Assembly: GCA_001275005.1 (NCBI GenBank)
Contig: JWZX01003273.1
Coordinates: 1 to 64,000 of the forward strand
Source: Chrysochromulina tobinii
Lineage: Eukaryota
Direction: 5' to 3'
Length of the DNA stretch: 64,000 nt
Part shown: in pieces, positions 43,648 through 54,067 of the stretch
Position numbering within the stretch: position 1 is the stretch's first letter
How the letters are laid out: the number at the start of each line of letters is the position of its first letter
Program-made: the position numbers and the translations under genes
The notes under the pieces: model-generated
Database searches by the model: none
Seen by the model: the letters and a program-made list of their open reading frames with translations, nothing else
What the model was told of the DNA's origin: nothing

Positions 43648-44069
43648 GAGCCGCGAGGGAAAAGCGCGGACGCGAGGAAAAAGCTGTTCATAGGAATAGG
43701 ATTCCTGCACGAAGTTACCACTTTGAGGGGATTAAAGATCTTCGACGCGCGCGCCCATCATGGGCATTTCGCCATCAAACATGTAAGCATTTTCGCGGCG
43801 TTGGTCGCCCAGGCCGGGAACTTTGGCTGAGCCCGAAGATGGAAGGATCTGTACCAAATCGCCTTACCTTCTCACGTCCTTACCGCACGAGTGTCCTGAG
43901 GCTGAGCGCGCGCCTCTCGCGGGGCAGAATAAATCGCCCTTATGCCACACGGCCCGCTGCAAGCCACTAGGCTCGCAGTCTCGGCCCGCCGTTCCCATCC
44001 CCACCTCGCCGCATCCCTGCGGCGCGGCTCGGTTGCGGGTGGTAAACACCCATATCGTATTACATCCGC

Positions 44070-44743
44070 TTAGTGGTGATCGCCACCATCCAGCTGCTCC
44101 AGCTTGAAGTACTGATCGGCGACGAGGTGCAGCGGGCCCTTCTCGAGCTTGAACCAGATGACACCCTGCCGAGCAAGCGAGCGATGAGCGCGCAGTAAGT
44201 CTCCGCAGCGGCGGCGGCGGCAGCATGGCACACGCGCAGGCGCCACGTCGTGCTGTCGCATGCCAAGGCGCGAGCCGCAGGCAATGGAAGCGGCGCGTGC
44301 CTGCTCGGTCTCGAGCCCCACGACGCGCGACGTGTTGAACGACGGCACGATTGCCGGGTTCTCCTTGGTTCCCCTGGGACCCATGATTGGCTCGCGGCTC
44401 CAGAAGATGTCGGCAGTGCCCTCAATCTCCTTTTTCTCCATGCCCGTAGCCATGTCCTCGTTGTCGACAATCACACCTAGCGATACACGAGGCGCGGCGC
44501 ACGCGGTACGAGTGAGCATCGCGCACAAGAGAGCGGGGGCTCATTGGCAGGTCTTCTGAACACGTGCGTGCTCTGCTCCCTCCCCGCCTGACTCTCTTGG
44601 AGTCGCCGCCCCTCTGAGCCGGGGCGCGGGTGTACGGCAGCAAGCGTACCCGAGGGCAGCGGCTTGCCCGCAGCTGCCTTCGTGCCCAGCGCCCGCAGAG
44701 GCGCCGCGCGACTGGCCACACGTGAAACCCGGAGAGCCAGCAT
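44070..44743 (-). CDS. COX5B: Cytochrome c oxidase subunit 5b; exons 44743-44650, 44476-44301, 44165-44070
   Basis: ATGMEKKE...GTKENPAIVPSFNTSRVVG...VIWFKLEKG...QYFKL; presequence exon; intron 1 GTACGC...CTAG, intron 2 GCACGC...GCAG (GC-AG). Confidence 0.85.
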
Positions 44744-44881
44744 TGTTAGAAAACAGCTTTTCCCACAGGGGCGGGGGGAGATCCGAACTCTGCGTGTACA
44801 CAAATCCGGCGACAGGTTCGGGTTCAAACTTCTTTGTTTCCCGTGAGACACATCAGAAGAGCTCGCTTTTTGCTGTCCTCG

Positions 44882-45892
44882 ATGCTTCCCTCAGACGAGA
44901 GCACCGCCCCCTCAGCGCCGACGGTGCCTCCGGCGCAGCCCGCCTCCCTCGAGGAGATCTACCGCTCACCCCTCGAAGTGGCCGCCAAGGCCGAGCTCGC
45001 TCGGGCCGGCACGAAAGGACAAGTGCCAGCATCTTTTGGATACAAGCTCTCAATCGGGCATCAGGAGATTGACCGGATCGTGGACGAGGTGGAGAGCATC
45101 TACAGCAGCCTGCTCTTAACAGGAACCGAGTGGATTGGAGTCGGGCAGATTGGCAACATGCTAGTGCAGCTGAACGACTGGTACGAGGACTACGACGAGT
45201 TCGAGGATGCGTGCGGCGGAAGCTTCGAGGAGTTCCTCGGCACGCTCCCGCAGTCTGAGATCCGGCGCAATGAACAGGACAAGCCAGAGCTGAAGGTGCT
45301 GCTTCCCGACCCAGATGCGCCGCCGACGCTCATGACGCTGCGCGTCGAGCAGTCCACAGACCTGTGGCGCGTTCTCTTCAAGTCAGGGGCGGCGGCGGTT
45401 CGCATCCCACACCTCGAGTTCGAGATAGGCGCGGACAGCAAGCGGCGCATCGACACGGTCTACAACCACATCAACAATGCGATTTGGAACCTGTCGTCGC
45501 ATATGCGTGGTGCTCAGGCCGAGGCCGGCGCCGAGTTCACCGCAGAACATATCGCCATCCTCGATACGGTCGAGAAGCTCGAGGCACTCCTCGATGTCAA
45601 CGAGCCGTTCATCATCGTCGTGGACGACCCGACGGGCGCCTCGCGCTTCAAGCCGGACGATGGCATTGAGGTGGACGAGTCTGTGAGCTCTTGCTCTAGC
45701 GTGTGCTCATTGGTGTGGGAGGCTATGCTGGTTGCTGGACTTGATGCTGGAGACAACTTTCCTCTTTGGTTAAAATTCAGCTGCTTTGATGGTTTAGAAA
45801 ACCGTCGAAACGGTGCATCGGATCCGCGATCCGCGCTCGGCTCGATATCCGACCGTACGATACCCCTATGCAGCGTGCGTCTCAACAGCTAA
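44882..45892 (+). CDS. Protein with a ZPR1 A/B-type domain but no zinc finger; 3' end uncertain (possible intron from GTGAGC about 45683)
   Basis: DLWRVLFKSGAAAVRIPHLEFEI...PFIIVVDDPTGAS matches the ZPR1 DLxRxVxKSxxAxxxIPELxxEI...FxxIxxDPxGNS pattern. Confidence 0.7.
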   Translation: MLPSDESTAPSAPTVPPAQPASLEEIYRSPLEVAAKAELARAGTKGQVPASFGYKLSIGHQEIDRIVDEVESIYSSLLLTGTEWIGVGQIGNMLVQLNDWYEDYDEFEDACGGSFEEFLGTLPQSEIRRNEQDKPELKVLLPDPDAPPTLMTLRVEQSTDLWRVLFKSGAAAVRIPHLEFEIGADSKRRIDTVYNHINNAIWNLSSHMRGAQAEAGAEFTAEHIAILDTVEKLEALLDVNEPFIIVVDDPTGASRFKPDDGIEVDESVSSCSSVCSLVWEAMLVAGLDAGDNFPLWLKFSCFDGLENRRNGASDPRSALGSISDRTIPLCSVRLNS

Positions 45893-46459
45893 GCCTTTGC
45901 TAAGGTTGTACAAGGCAAGGTACCAACGCGGAAGGCCTAAAGGTCGCATACAAATTTAAAACTCGGCACTTGCTTATCGGATCGCGGTAAGCACACGACC
46001 TGACGTCTCACGAGCCGGCGCGCTCCGAGGTCCGATGCGAGTGGGCGGCGAGTCATGTCCTCGGAGAAGGGAGAACCCTTATGTCGAGAAACTTTCGGGG
46101 ACTGCGTGCCGGGCGGGGTTAATATTCATACTTAAGCGGACTAAGCTTGGGACTAAGCTTCCAGGACGAGTCAGCCTCCAAAAGCACTCCGCACACCCAC
46201 ACTACGACCTTTCAGAGAACTCATAGCGACGCGCCGCGCTGTTACACGGACTTGTGTCGCGCGAAATGCCGAGTCGTCGTGGAAACCGAGTTTCCGACTG
46301 CCTCCCTTGCAAGTCCAAGCCTTGGATCGCTCCCCTACGCTCCCCGCCCGGAATTTCTGGTCATTGTCCATTCTCGAGCACATGGTGCTCGCGAGCGCTC
46401 CACCGAGCACATCAACATCGTGGCCAGGATCCGACGTCCATCGACCAGTAACACCGACA

Positions 46460-47335
46460 ATGGTCGACTATGAAGGCCTCGGCTCGGTTGTTTCCGCATC
46501 TTCCTATCTCTTAACTCGCGCGCGGCTACGTCTCATCCAGCAAAGTCGACCCCGATCGGGTAGCCGACGGCTGGCGGCTGACATCGAGCGAATGCGACTG
46601 CAAGCGGCTCCCCCAATCGAGCAACTGCGCTCGGCTCAGCACAAGGGCGACCTCGACGCGATCAATAAAGCTCTTGCGGCCTCAACTGCATCCATAGGCA
46701 GCAATCGTGGGATCATGACAATGTGGCGAGCCGCTCTCTTTGAGGACGCGCCGCGCGATGATGAGATAGCTGCATCGAGGCTTCAGCGTTGGCACAAGCG
46801 AGCAAAGGAGCGCACAAAGGATCGGCTGCAGCAGCAGCAACGGTCACAGCAACTGCTTCAGCCGGCCAAGCAGGATCCCAAGCCTGAAGGGGCAGGCACT
46901 CCGTTCAGGATTCGGCATTACCAGCAGCCCTGGTGGCATTCCAGCAGCGAACCGGAGTCGCACCCGTGGCGTTCCCCCGAAAGAGTCGCCCGAGGTCTCA
47001 ACGATGCGACGCGAGATGACCGCATCAACACGCAAATAGCGAGCATACACGACCAAGTCCGGCAGCGCGTGCAGATATCGCGTGGGGGAAGCCCGATCAA
47101 ATGGAGCAGGCCGCTGGCTGTCGGCGCCGGGGGGGCAGCAGCAGGTGAACCGCGAGCAGGTGCATCGCCAGCGCACACAGCACAGGCACACAGCGCAATC
47201 ACCTCCGCGCACTGGGCTGGCGGTGGCTGCCGAATCTCTACATGTACAAGCGCCGCGTCTCGTCCCTTCGGCACTGCTCCAAGTGCTCCTACGAGTTCCA
47301 TGGATGCAGGTACTGATCTGAGCTGGGTGAGGTGA
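46460..47335 (+). CDS. Hypothetical protein (IQ-like AASRLQRWHKR)
   Basis: Open frame with plausible composition; no recognised domain; start uncertain. Confidence 0.45.
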   Translation: MVDYEGLGSVVSASSYLLTRARLRLIQQSRPRSGSRRLAADIERMRLQAAPPIEQLRSAQHKGDLDAINKALAASTASIGSNRGIMTMWRAALFEDAPRDDEIAASRLQRWHKRAKERTKDRLQQQQRSQQLLQPAKQDPKPEGAGTPFRIRHYQQPWWHSSSEPESHPWRSPERVARGLNDATRDDRINTQIASIHDQVRQRVQISRGGSPIKWSRPLAVGAGGAAAGEPRAGASPAHTAQAHSAITSAHWAGGGCRISTCTSAASRPFGTAPSAPTSSMDAGTDLSWVR

Positions 47336-47479
47336 CACGATTGGATGGAAAATCGTTAAACTATATAAAGCCGGGTATAATCGAAAGCATAATTTATAAC
47401 GACGACTGAGCACCTCCGGTTACAGCCTGGGTGCTCCGAAGCGATAGAGCATAGACGTGTGGTTCTAAGCGTCAGCGGT

Positions 47480-48200
47480 CTATAATAAACCTATAATCGG
47501 ACGGCGGCCCGGCTATATAGTATAGCCGGGTTCCTCGCCTCGGCGCGGCGTTCCCTAGGCGTTCCCGCGCTCGCGGAGTCGCGGTCGGATCCGCGGTCGC
47601 GCCGGCCGTGTCTCGGCAACTGCCGTGGAAACGCAAACGGCCGAACGGAAACGCAGCCGGGACCCGCGGTGCGGGCCGGCCGGCCGACTGGGCCGGACTT
47701 CGACACTTCGTCCCCTTGACTCACCCCTCCTCTGGCGTCTGGGGCACCCGCGGGTGGCGGCTGGCGGGTGGAGACCGTTGACCGGTCCACGGGCAGACCA
47801 CGGAAGGCCTCGAAGCTCGATCCCCGATCCCGCTTCCCGGGCGCCGGTCGAGACCGGCGACGCTTTGACAGTGCGGCACCGCGCCGGGCCGCTGCCGCGG
47901 GCGTGGTCGTGGGGTCTCCCCGGTCGCATGCGCCAACCGCCATGCCCAGCACCGCAGTGCACGCAGCACGCAGGTCGCAGCAGCCGTCGCCGCAGCCCCA
48001 GCCGCGAGCCGGCAGCCGCTGCGTTCGCCTGAGCGGCTTTTTTGACCGCCCCTGCCCCCTGGCGCGCGCGATGCACCGCCGGCAGGCGCCGTTCGTGGTG
48101 TTTTTTACCTATACTTGCTTTTTACGTGTTTCATACTATGCCACGTCCGGACGCGATATCGGCCGATCGCATTCGCGGCTGATTCCGACGGGCGCCGGGT
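47480..48200. other. Non-coding CpG-rich island B between convergent genes, with a TA-rich left shoulder and T-runs on the right
   Basis: Hairpin CCCGGCTATA-TAG-TATAGCCGGG (47508-47530); stem AGCCGCT/AGCGGCT followed by T6 (48038-48043). Confidence 0.45.
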
Positions 48201-48207
48201 CTTGCGA

Positions 48208-49416
48208 TCAGTGGTCTCGCGTTGCACTCCCCTCAAGGCGCACCTCGCGCGAGGGTAGCGAGCTAGGCAGAGGCGCATGTTGTGAGAGCGCCGCTCGCCC
48301 GCGGGCCTGCGCGGCGAGCTGCTCGGGCGGCGCGAGGGCGTTGAAGGCGCTCTGGTCCTGGCGCTGAAGAATGGCTTGGAGCGAACGCTTCAGGTCGAGT
48401 AAGCTCGTGAGGCTCGGCAATGGCTCCGATACCTTGCCGCGGTAGTCGTGCTCGTCATCAATTGCCAGCCGCAGGCCCTCGGCTTGCGCGAGCAGCGCCT
48501 GCCTCTCCTCCTCAAGTGCCGCACGTAAGCGCGATACGACGAGACCGCCGCCGCGGCTGCTGCTGCTGCGCTCGTTGCTGTCGGCTGAGCCAGCAGACGA
48601 GGCCGCTGAGCTCGGACGGCCGCTCGCGCGGCTTGTGGGCCGACTGGCGCAGCCGCCGCCACAGCTGCCGCTCCTGCTGGGTGGCGGCGCGCCGGCGTCG
48701 CCCAAGCTCCCTGTAGGGGCGCTCGCCATCGCCGCGGTCGCTGGCCGAGAGCCAGTTCCAGAGCTCGTGCCTGGCCGTGAGGAGAGTGAGCCGGGCTGCG
48801 AGGCGGTGCCCGGGCGCGAGCCGGCACTCGCGAGGCGCATGTCGCGGAGCGAGACTCGACCGCCATCGGCCGTGCCCGGTCGCAACAGCCCCGATGCCGT
48901 CCCAGGCCGCTCAACCTCATTCTGGAGCACGTGCTCGAGCGCCTTGCGCTGCGGGCTGCTCGGCTGCGGAAGGAGCGCATCCTCGGGCTTGCCGGCGGCC
49001 GCCGCACGCTTGCGGAGCTGCGTGACGAGTGATTTGAGTTCGAGCTGCACGAGGCCCGCCGGATGCGAGCCAAGCGAGCGTGGCATCGAGGAGCACTTCC
49101 GCACGAGTGCGTCGGTGTCCGCGGAGTAATCGTTCAAGATCTCCTGCAGCGCGCGCACCTCGGCGTACACGTCGGTGCACTCTCGCACTAGCTTCTCGCC
49201 CACCACGCGCTCAATCTCTTCGCGCTCCACCACGTCAATTGACATTGAGATCTGTTCCCATAGGTACCGCTGCGGCCCTTGCGGCACGTCGTCGTCAGCA
49301 AATGAGTCCTCCGGGCTCGGTGGGCCAGTGGAGCCCGCGATGGACGCTGCTGCATGACCGCCAACGGGCACCGACGAGGCCGACGAGGCCGTCGAGGCCG
49401 TCGAGGGACGTTGCAT
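48208..49416 (-). CDS. CCDC24-like coiled-coil protein
   Basis: YLWEQISMSIDVVEREEIERVVGEKLV...YAEVRALQEIL and LRAALEEERQALL resemble CCDC24 by eye; repeated RPGTA motifs. Confidence 0.6.
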   Translation of the reverse strand: MQRPSTASTASSASSVPVGGHAAASIAGSTGPPSPEDSFADDDVPQGPQRYLWEQISMSIDVVEREEIERVVGEKLVRECTDVYAEVRALQEILNDYSADTDALVRKCSSMPRSLGSHPAGLVQLELKSLVTQLRKRAAAAGKPEDALLPQPSSPQRKALEHVLQNEVERPGTASGLLRPGTADGGRVSLRDMRLASAGSRPGTASQPGSLSSRPGTSSGTGSRPATAAMASAPTGSLGDAGAPPPSRSGSCGGGCASRPTSRASGRPSSAASSAGSADSNERSSSSRGGGLVVSRLRAALEEERQALLAQAEGLRLAIDDEHDYRGKVSEPLPSLTSLLDLKRSLQAILQRQDQSAFNALAPPEQLAAQARGRAALSQHAPLPSSLPSREVRLEGSATRDH

Positions 49417-50220
49417 ATGGTAAAGGCGTTGCTGACGCGCCACGAAACCCTTTACAAGTATGAATATGGAGACCGAGCCACAACGGAGCCCAAGGGTTGG
49501 AGCGCGCGAAACCTCAATCCAATGTGATGACCGCGTTGAAAGCCCTCATCTCAAGTTCGCGCCGCCTCGAGCGGTTCGAAGGGCAGAAGAACATGGGAGC
49601 CTGGCGCTCATCACGCGCCTTCGAGACCCTAATGATGCGCATGCTCGGCTTGATGGCGTTCTCGACCACATCAGGCATGGGATTGCTCCTGCTCGTTAAG
49701 CGCAACGGCGACTTTGGTGCGCGCACGAACCTCTCTGGCGTTTCCATCTACGCCTGCCGTGTACTTGCGTCCATGACTTCTCATGCCGTGTGTGCACAGT
49801 CCCATTGGATGTGGAACGGCAGGGTTATTCTCGCAAAGGATAAATGCGCGTGGAATTCATTCGGTCGCGTCGCACTCACCTCGCCACTCAAAGCAGGCAG
49901 AGCGGCCGTAACAGAAGGCGGAGCACATCTCGAATGTCTTCTTGCCTCAAGTAAAATGCACGCAATCGAGTTTCTACAATTGCGGGCGGACGACACGAAC
50001 GCTGAAGATCTGCCACCGGGTGCAGCACAACGAGAACGTACCCACTAAAAGAGCTCTTCTATTTCTTGTTGGATATGAAGACCATCTTCGCAAAAAGGTC
50101 GCCAGCCCCCATGTACAGACTGAAGAGCAGGGAGGAGGTGTCGAGAGATGAAAGTGTTGTTCGTTCTAAACACGAAACATCCGATGCTGCGGAGTGTTCA
50201 CAGGCTGCGCCCTGAGACCA

Positions 50221-51897
50221 ATGGAAGAGCCGATGGATGAGGAGGAGAGGCAGCTGCAGGAGGCGCTCGCGCTCTCTTTGCAGCAGCAGCAGCAGCAGCA
50301 GCAGCAGGCCATGCCGGCGGTAGAAACGGCCGAAGAGAGAGAGCTGCGGATGGCCCTCGAGCTCTCGCTGGAGGGTCAACCGGGTGCAGCTGCCGCCGTG
50401 CCGCCATTCGACCCCGAGGGCGACGGGATTTCACGGCTCGACGCCGCGACCGTGCAGGAGGCCGATGCTGGAGGACCGGCGCTCTCACGCATCATCTTTG
50501 GCGATGCGCCCGCGCCAGAGGTTGCACGGCAGTGGCGGATGCAGGGCTTCACGCTCGCAGACGTGGATGTGTCAGACGCGCCCGGCGTGACGCCATTTGG
50601 CGCGGGCCTCGCCCAGATCAATGGCGGCCCGTGCGCCGTGCTCGCGGCCGCGCAGGCCTTCATGCTGCGTCGGCTGCTTTTCAGCGGCGACGACCCGGCC
50701 GGCCCGCCGATGCCGCTGCCCACATGGCTCGATGAGGCGGCGGCGGGGGGCGGGAGCCTGCTTCCGTCGGAGACGGAGGCGGGCGAGGCGCTGCTGCGCG
50801 GCCTCGCCGATGCGCTCGTCGCGTGCGCCACGACGCCGAGCGCTGCGGCGATGGCCGCCGCAGGCGGTGGCGCCACGCTAGCGCCCACGCCGTGCCAGGT
50901 GGTGCTGGCCGTGCCGACGGCGGCGATGCTGGAGGAGAGCTGGATGCAGGATGAGCGTGGTGCGAACCCGGAGCTGCTGGGTGCGCTGGTCGCGCACGCC
51001 GCGCGCCCGACGACCTGGCACGCGACACTTGAGGCGCTGCGCGCACGCCGGCACGGCCTCGCATCGCCACTGGGCGCACTCGGTTTCCTAGTGTCCGCCT
51101 TGCTCACTCGAGGCGTCGGGCGGTTCTCCGAAGAGCGTGATGACCCGAGCCAGCCGCTGCTCGACCCGCAATTCGGGCACTGCTCGCAGGAGGTGCTCAA
51201 CTTGCTGCTTCTCGGCGTGGGCGTCTCCAACGTCTTCGACGGCTCTCGCGATCTCGGCGGCGGTTTCATGCTGCGGGGCGTGCCGCTACGCCCACCCGTC
51301 GGCCTGCTTTCGGAGCTCGAGGCGCTGCGCTACCTGCAAGTGGGCTCGTTCTTCAAACAGCCGGTGCACCCAATATGGGTGGTCGCGAGCGAGTCGCACT
51401 ACTCCATCCTCTTCGCACTCACCACGCGGGTGCAGGCCGTCGGCGCGCGCGCCGCCCTCGAAGAGCGCTTGCTTGCCGCCTTCTCCGAGCTCGACCAAGA
51501 GGGCAATGGCTTCGTGTCGGGTGAGCACCTAGGCACGCTCGTGGCCGCGCTGCCGCAATGGCAAGCGCCCCCCCTTGACAAGCTGCGCACCCAGCTCGAC
51601 CCAGAGGGAACTTCGCTCATCCTGTGGGACCATTTCCAGCGCATCATGATGCCGCTGCACCCAGAGGCCGCGACGCTGCCCGCCGAGTCCGCCGCGCCTG
51701 CCGCATCGCTCGAGTTGTACCACTACAACGGCCTGGGCGCTAGGGGGCACGAGAATAAGCGCGCTCTGCGCAAGCTGCTCGTCGAGCCTGCCAAGCGGCC
51801 AGTGGGCCCCGCACCACAGGGTCTCGCGTCCATCATTGCCACCCGATGGAAAGATGCACTCGTCACCCACGAAGGACCGCCGCCGAGCATCAACTGA
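50221..51897 (+). CDS. MINDY3: MINDY-3/FAM188A-like deubiquitinase with two N-terminal UIMs and an EF-hand insert
   Basis: EERQLQEALALSL and EERELRMALELSL (UIM); GLAQINGGPCAVLA (catalytic Cys), GHCSQEVLNLLL.G, PIWVVASESHYSILF (His), DQEGNGFV EF-hand, IATRW. Confidence 0.9.
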   Translation: MEEPMDEEERQLQEALALSLQQQQQQQQQAMPAVETAEERELRMALELSLEGQPGAAAAVPPFDPEGDGISRLDAATVQEADAGGPALSRIIFGDAPAPEVARQWRMQGFTLADVDVSDAPGVTPFGAGLAQINGGPCAVLAAAQAFMLRRLLFSGDDPAGPPMPLPTWLDEAAAGGGSLLPSETEAGEALLRGLADALVACATTPSAAAMAAAGGGATLAPTPCQVVLAVPTAAMLEESWMQDERGANPELLGALVAHAARPTTWHATLEALRARRHGLASPLGALGFLVSALLTRGVGRFSEERDDPSQPLLDPQFGHCSQEVLNLLLLGVGVSNVFDGSRDLGGGFMLRGVPLRPPVGLLSELEALRYLQVGSFFKQPVHPIWVVASESHYSILFALTTRVQAVGARAALEERLLAAFSELDQEGNGFVSGEHLGTLVAALPQWQAPPLDKLRTQLDPEGTSLILWDHFQRIMMPLHPEAATLPAESAAPAASLELYHYNGLGARGHENKRALRKLLVEPAKRPVGPAPQGLASIIATRWKDALVTHEGPPPSIN

Positions 51898-52199
51898 GGT
51901 GCAGACGGGCCGACGCGCTGAGCGCGCCGAGGACGCGGGCGACGCTCGTCACGACGCTTGTCACGACGCTCGCGTGACGAGGCTCGCGTGGAATGTGTGC
52001 TCTCGCGCCTCGCCGTGGGCGTGCACGCCGAGAAGACCGCATGAAGCGACCAAACGAGAGCAAATGTCGTGAGAGCGAAGACGCACCATCGTGCACGCAG
52101 TCTCGCGTGCGCACGCGGCGCGGGCATCAAGCGCGAATACACACCAACCCCTTTGTACCGTACCCCAGGGCCGAAAGAACGGAAGACGAAATGCAAAAT

Positions 52200-52680
52200 C
52201 GAACCTGCGAAAGCCGCGAAAGGTTCTAGGTTGAAGGCGCTCGGTCGGAGGTATGAACGAGGCTTCAAGCCCGGCGCGAGAGGCAGCCCCCGCGCGAGGG
52301 TAGCAGGGAAGGCCCCCGCGCCGCCGCGCCGCGCACACGCCCCGTCCCCGCCGTTCGATCCCCGCGCGCCGCCCTCGACGGCCCTACCCGTCCGCACGCG
52401 TTTCGCCACGCGCGACGCCGCCCGCGCGCGCGAGCGCCGAGCCGCGACGGTCCCGACCGGCGGCGGCGCATAACGGGAGGCGTAACGGAGGCGACGTCCG
52501 CCGTCCCGCGGGGGGCGCGTGTTCCATCGCATCGGTGCCGCGGTGTAGGACCGAGCCCCACCGGTCGAACGGCGAGGCGAGGACCGACCGCAGCGGAGCG
52601 GACGGGTGCTGACTCCCGCTCGCCGCGCGGACCCCGCGGGTCCGCGGCTGACCGCGAGCTTCTCCGTTGCTTCTCGACAA
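52200..52680. other. Non-coding CpG-rich palindromic island C between convergent genes
   Basis: Stems GAACCT/AGGTTC, TTGAAG/CTTCAA, CGCGGACCC-CGC-GGGTCCGCG (52626-52646), ACCCGTCCGC/GCGGACGGGT; AT-rich shoulder 52690-52800. Confidence 0.5.
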
Positions 52681-53056
52681 CGTCGAACGTGCACTTTACA
52701 GCTATTTTATAGCATCGTTCGGTTTTACAAGTTCAAGTTACATATTTACTACATAAACAACAGACAGCCCGACCTAACGGAAGCCTAATTTAGATGCAAA
52801 CGTTCAGCCGTAACATAGCGCTCATCCGAGATCTTTCCGAGGATCCCCTCCCCGCGGTAAACCGCTGGGGCGGCGCGGATTTCTCAGTCGGCGCGGCGCT
52901 GCACGCGCGCGGTGCGTCTCTGCACGCGCGTGGCGCGTCTCTGCTTCTGTATGGGCCACTTCACCGCGCAGCCCGGCCGATCAGACGATGGCGGATCCGA
53001 TGCGAGTGGTGCGGCGCGGCGCCGTCCATCAGGACGCCACTACCGCCGCCACCGCC

Positions 53057-54067
53057 TCAGCCCGGCGTTTGGTTATAGTGCGACTTATCGTTCTTCTTCT
53101 TCTTAGCATTCGCGCGCTCCTTGGCAGCTGCGGCGGCCGCCTGCTGCGCGCTCGCTGCAACACCCTTGGCGCCGCTGCTCTTCTTCTTGGCGGCTGCCGC
53201 GGCCTTCGCTTTGATCATCGCCTTGATCTCCTCTGCTGACTTGCCTGCTGTCTCGTCGGCAGCTGCGCCCGGCGATTCATCGGCGTCTTCGCCTGCACCG
53301 TTTCGGCCTTCTGGCTCGGCTGCGGTGGCGGCGGCTGCTGCTGCGGCGGGCACATCGGCCACCGCACCCGCTTCTTTGGCCTTCTTCTTTGCTCGCTTGG
53401 CTGCTGCCTTGGAGAGCCCGCCCGCCTCCACATTCTTGCCGCTGTCCGAATTCTCAAGTTCGGCAAGCAGGCTGTCCACCTCCTCGAGCTCCGCCTGCAC
53501 CTTGCCATTTTTGGGCTTCTTGCCACGCTTAGGCTCGGTTAGCGGTGCACCAGCCGGCGCCGCTGCCGCAGGCACGTCCTCCTCCTCGTCGTCCTCCTCG
53601 TCGTCCTCGTCGTCGTCTTCGTCGTCGTCCTCGTCCTCCTCCGGCGAGGCCGCTCCGTTTGCTGGAGAATTCAACCCCGGTGCCAGTGGCAGTCTGCTGG
53701 TTGGCACAGGCTGCGAGCGCGACAGACCAGGACAGCGTCACACACAGGGACATGCAGATGGCATTAGAGCCACTCGTCGCAGCAGCAGAGGCGTGTCTTG
53801 GTTTGCACGTAGGTAGCTAGAGCTCACGTGTTCGGTTCCCGTGTGTGCGCAGCGCACCGGCAGGCTGTAAAAATCGTCGTCCTCCTCATCGTCATCTGCC
53901 CAATTGGACTGGCCAGCTTTGGCCTTCAGGTCGTCAAAGGCTGCTCGTGAAGCAGCGGCCTCCGCCTCACGCTTTGCAGACTCCTTGGCAAGCTGTGACT
54001 TCTTCTTCTGAACTAACCGATCAAAGTCTCCGTCCTCCGCACCTTGCAGGACGGCGAATGCACTCAT
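53057..54067 (-). CDS. Acidic/Lys-rich hypothetical protein (NWADDDEEDDDF motif); exons 54067-53858 and 53710-53057
   Basis: The two ORF segments join in frame via CCG|GTGCGC...TCGCAG|CCT (147-nt intron). Confidence 0.65.

Noticed and set aside
47530..48043. Telomerase RNA or SRP RNA candidate
   Set aside because: No (CCCTAA) template of 1.5 repeats or more; CGGAAACG lacks the SRP helix-8 AGG/AGC internal loop.
49460..50151. Several overlapping short ORFs between the CCDC24-like and MINDY3 genes
   Set aside because: No frame is clearly preferred and no domain was recognised; it could be a small spliced gene but I cannot support a model.
52345..52365. GTTCGATCCCC, like a tRNA T-loop
   Set aside because: No T-stem, D-arm or acceptor stem can be built.
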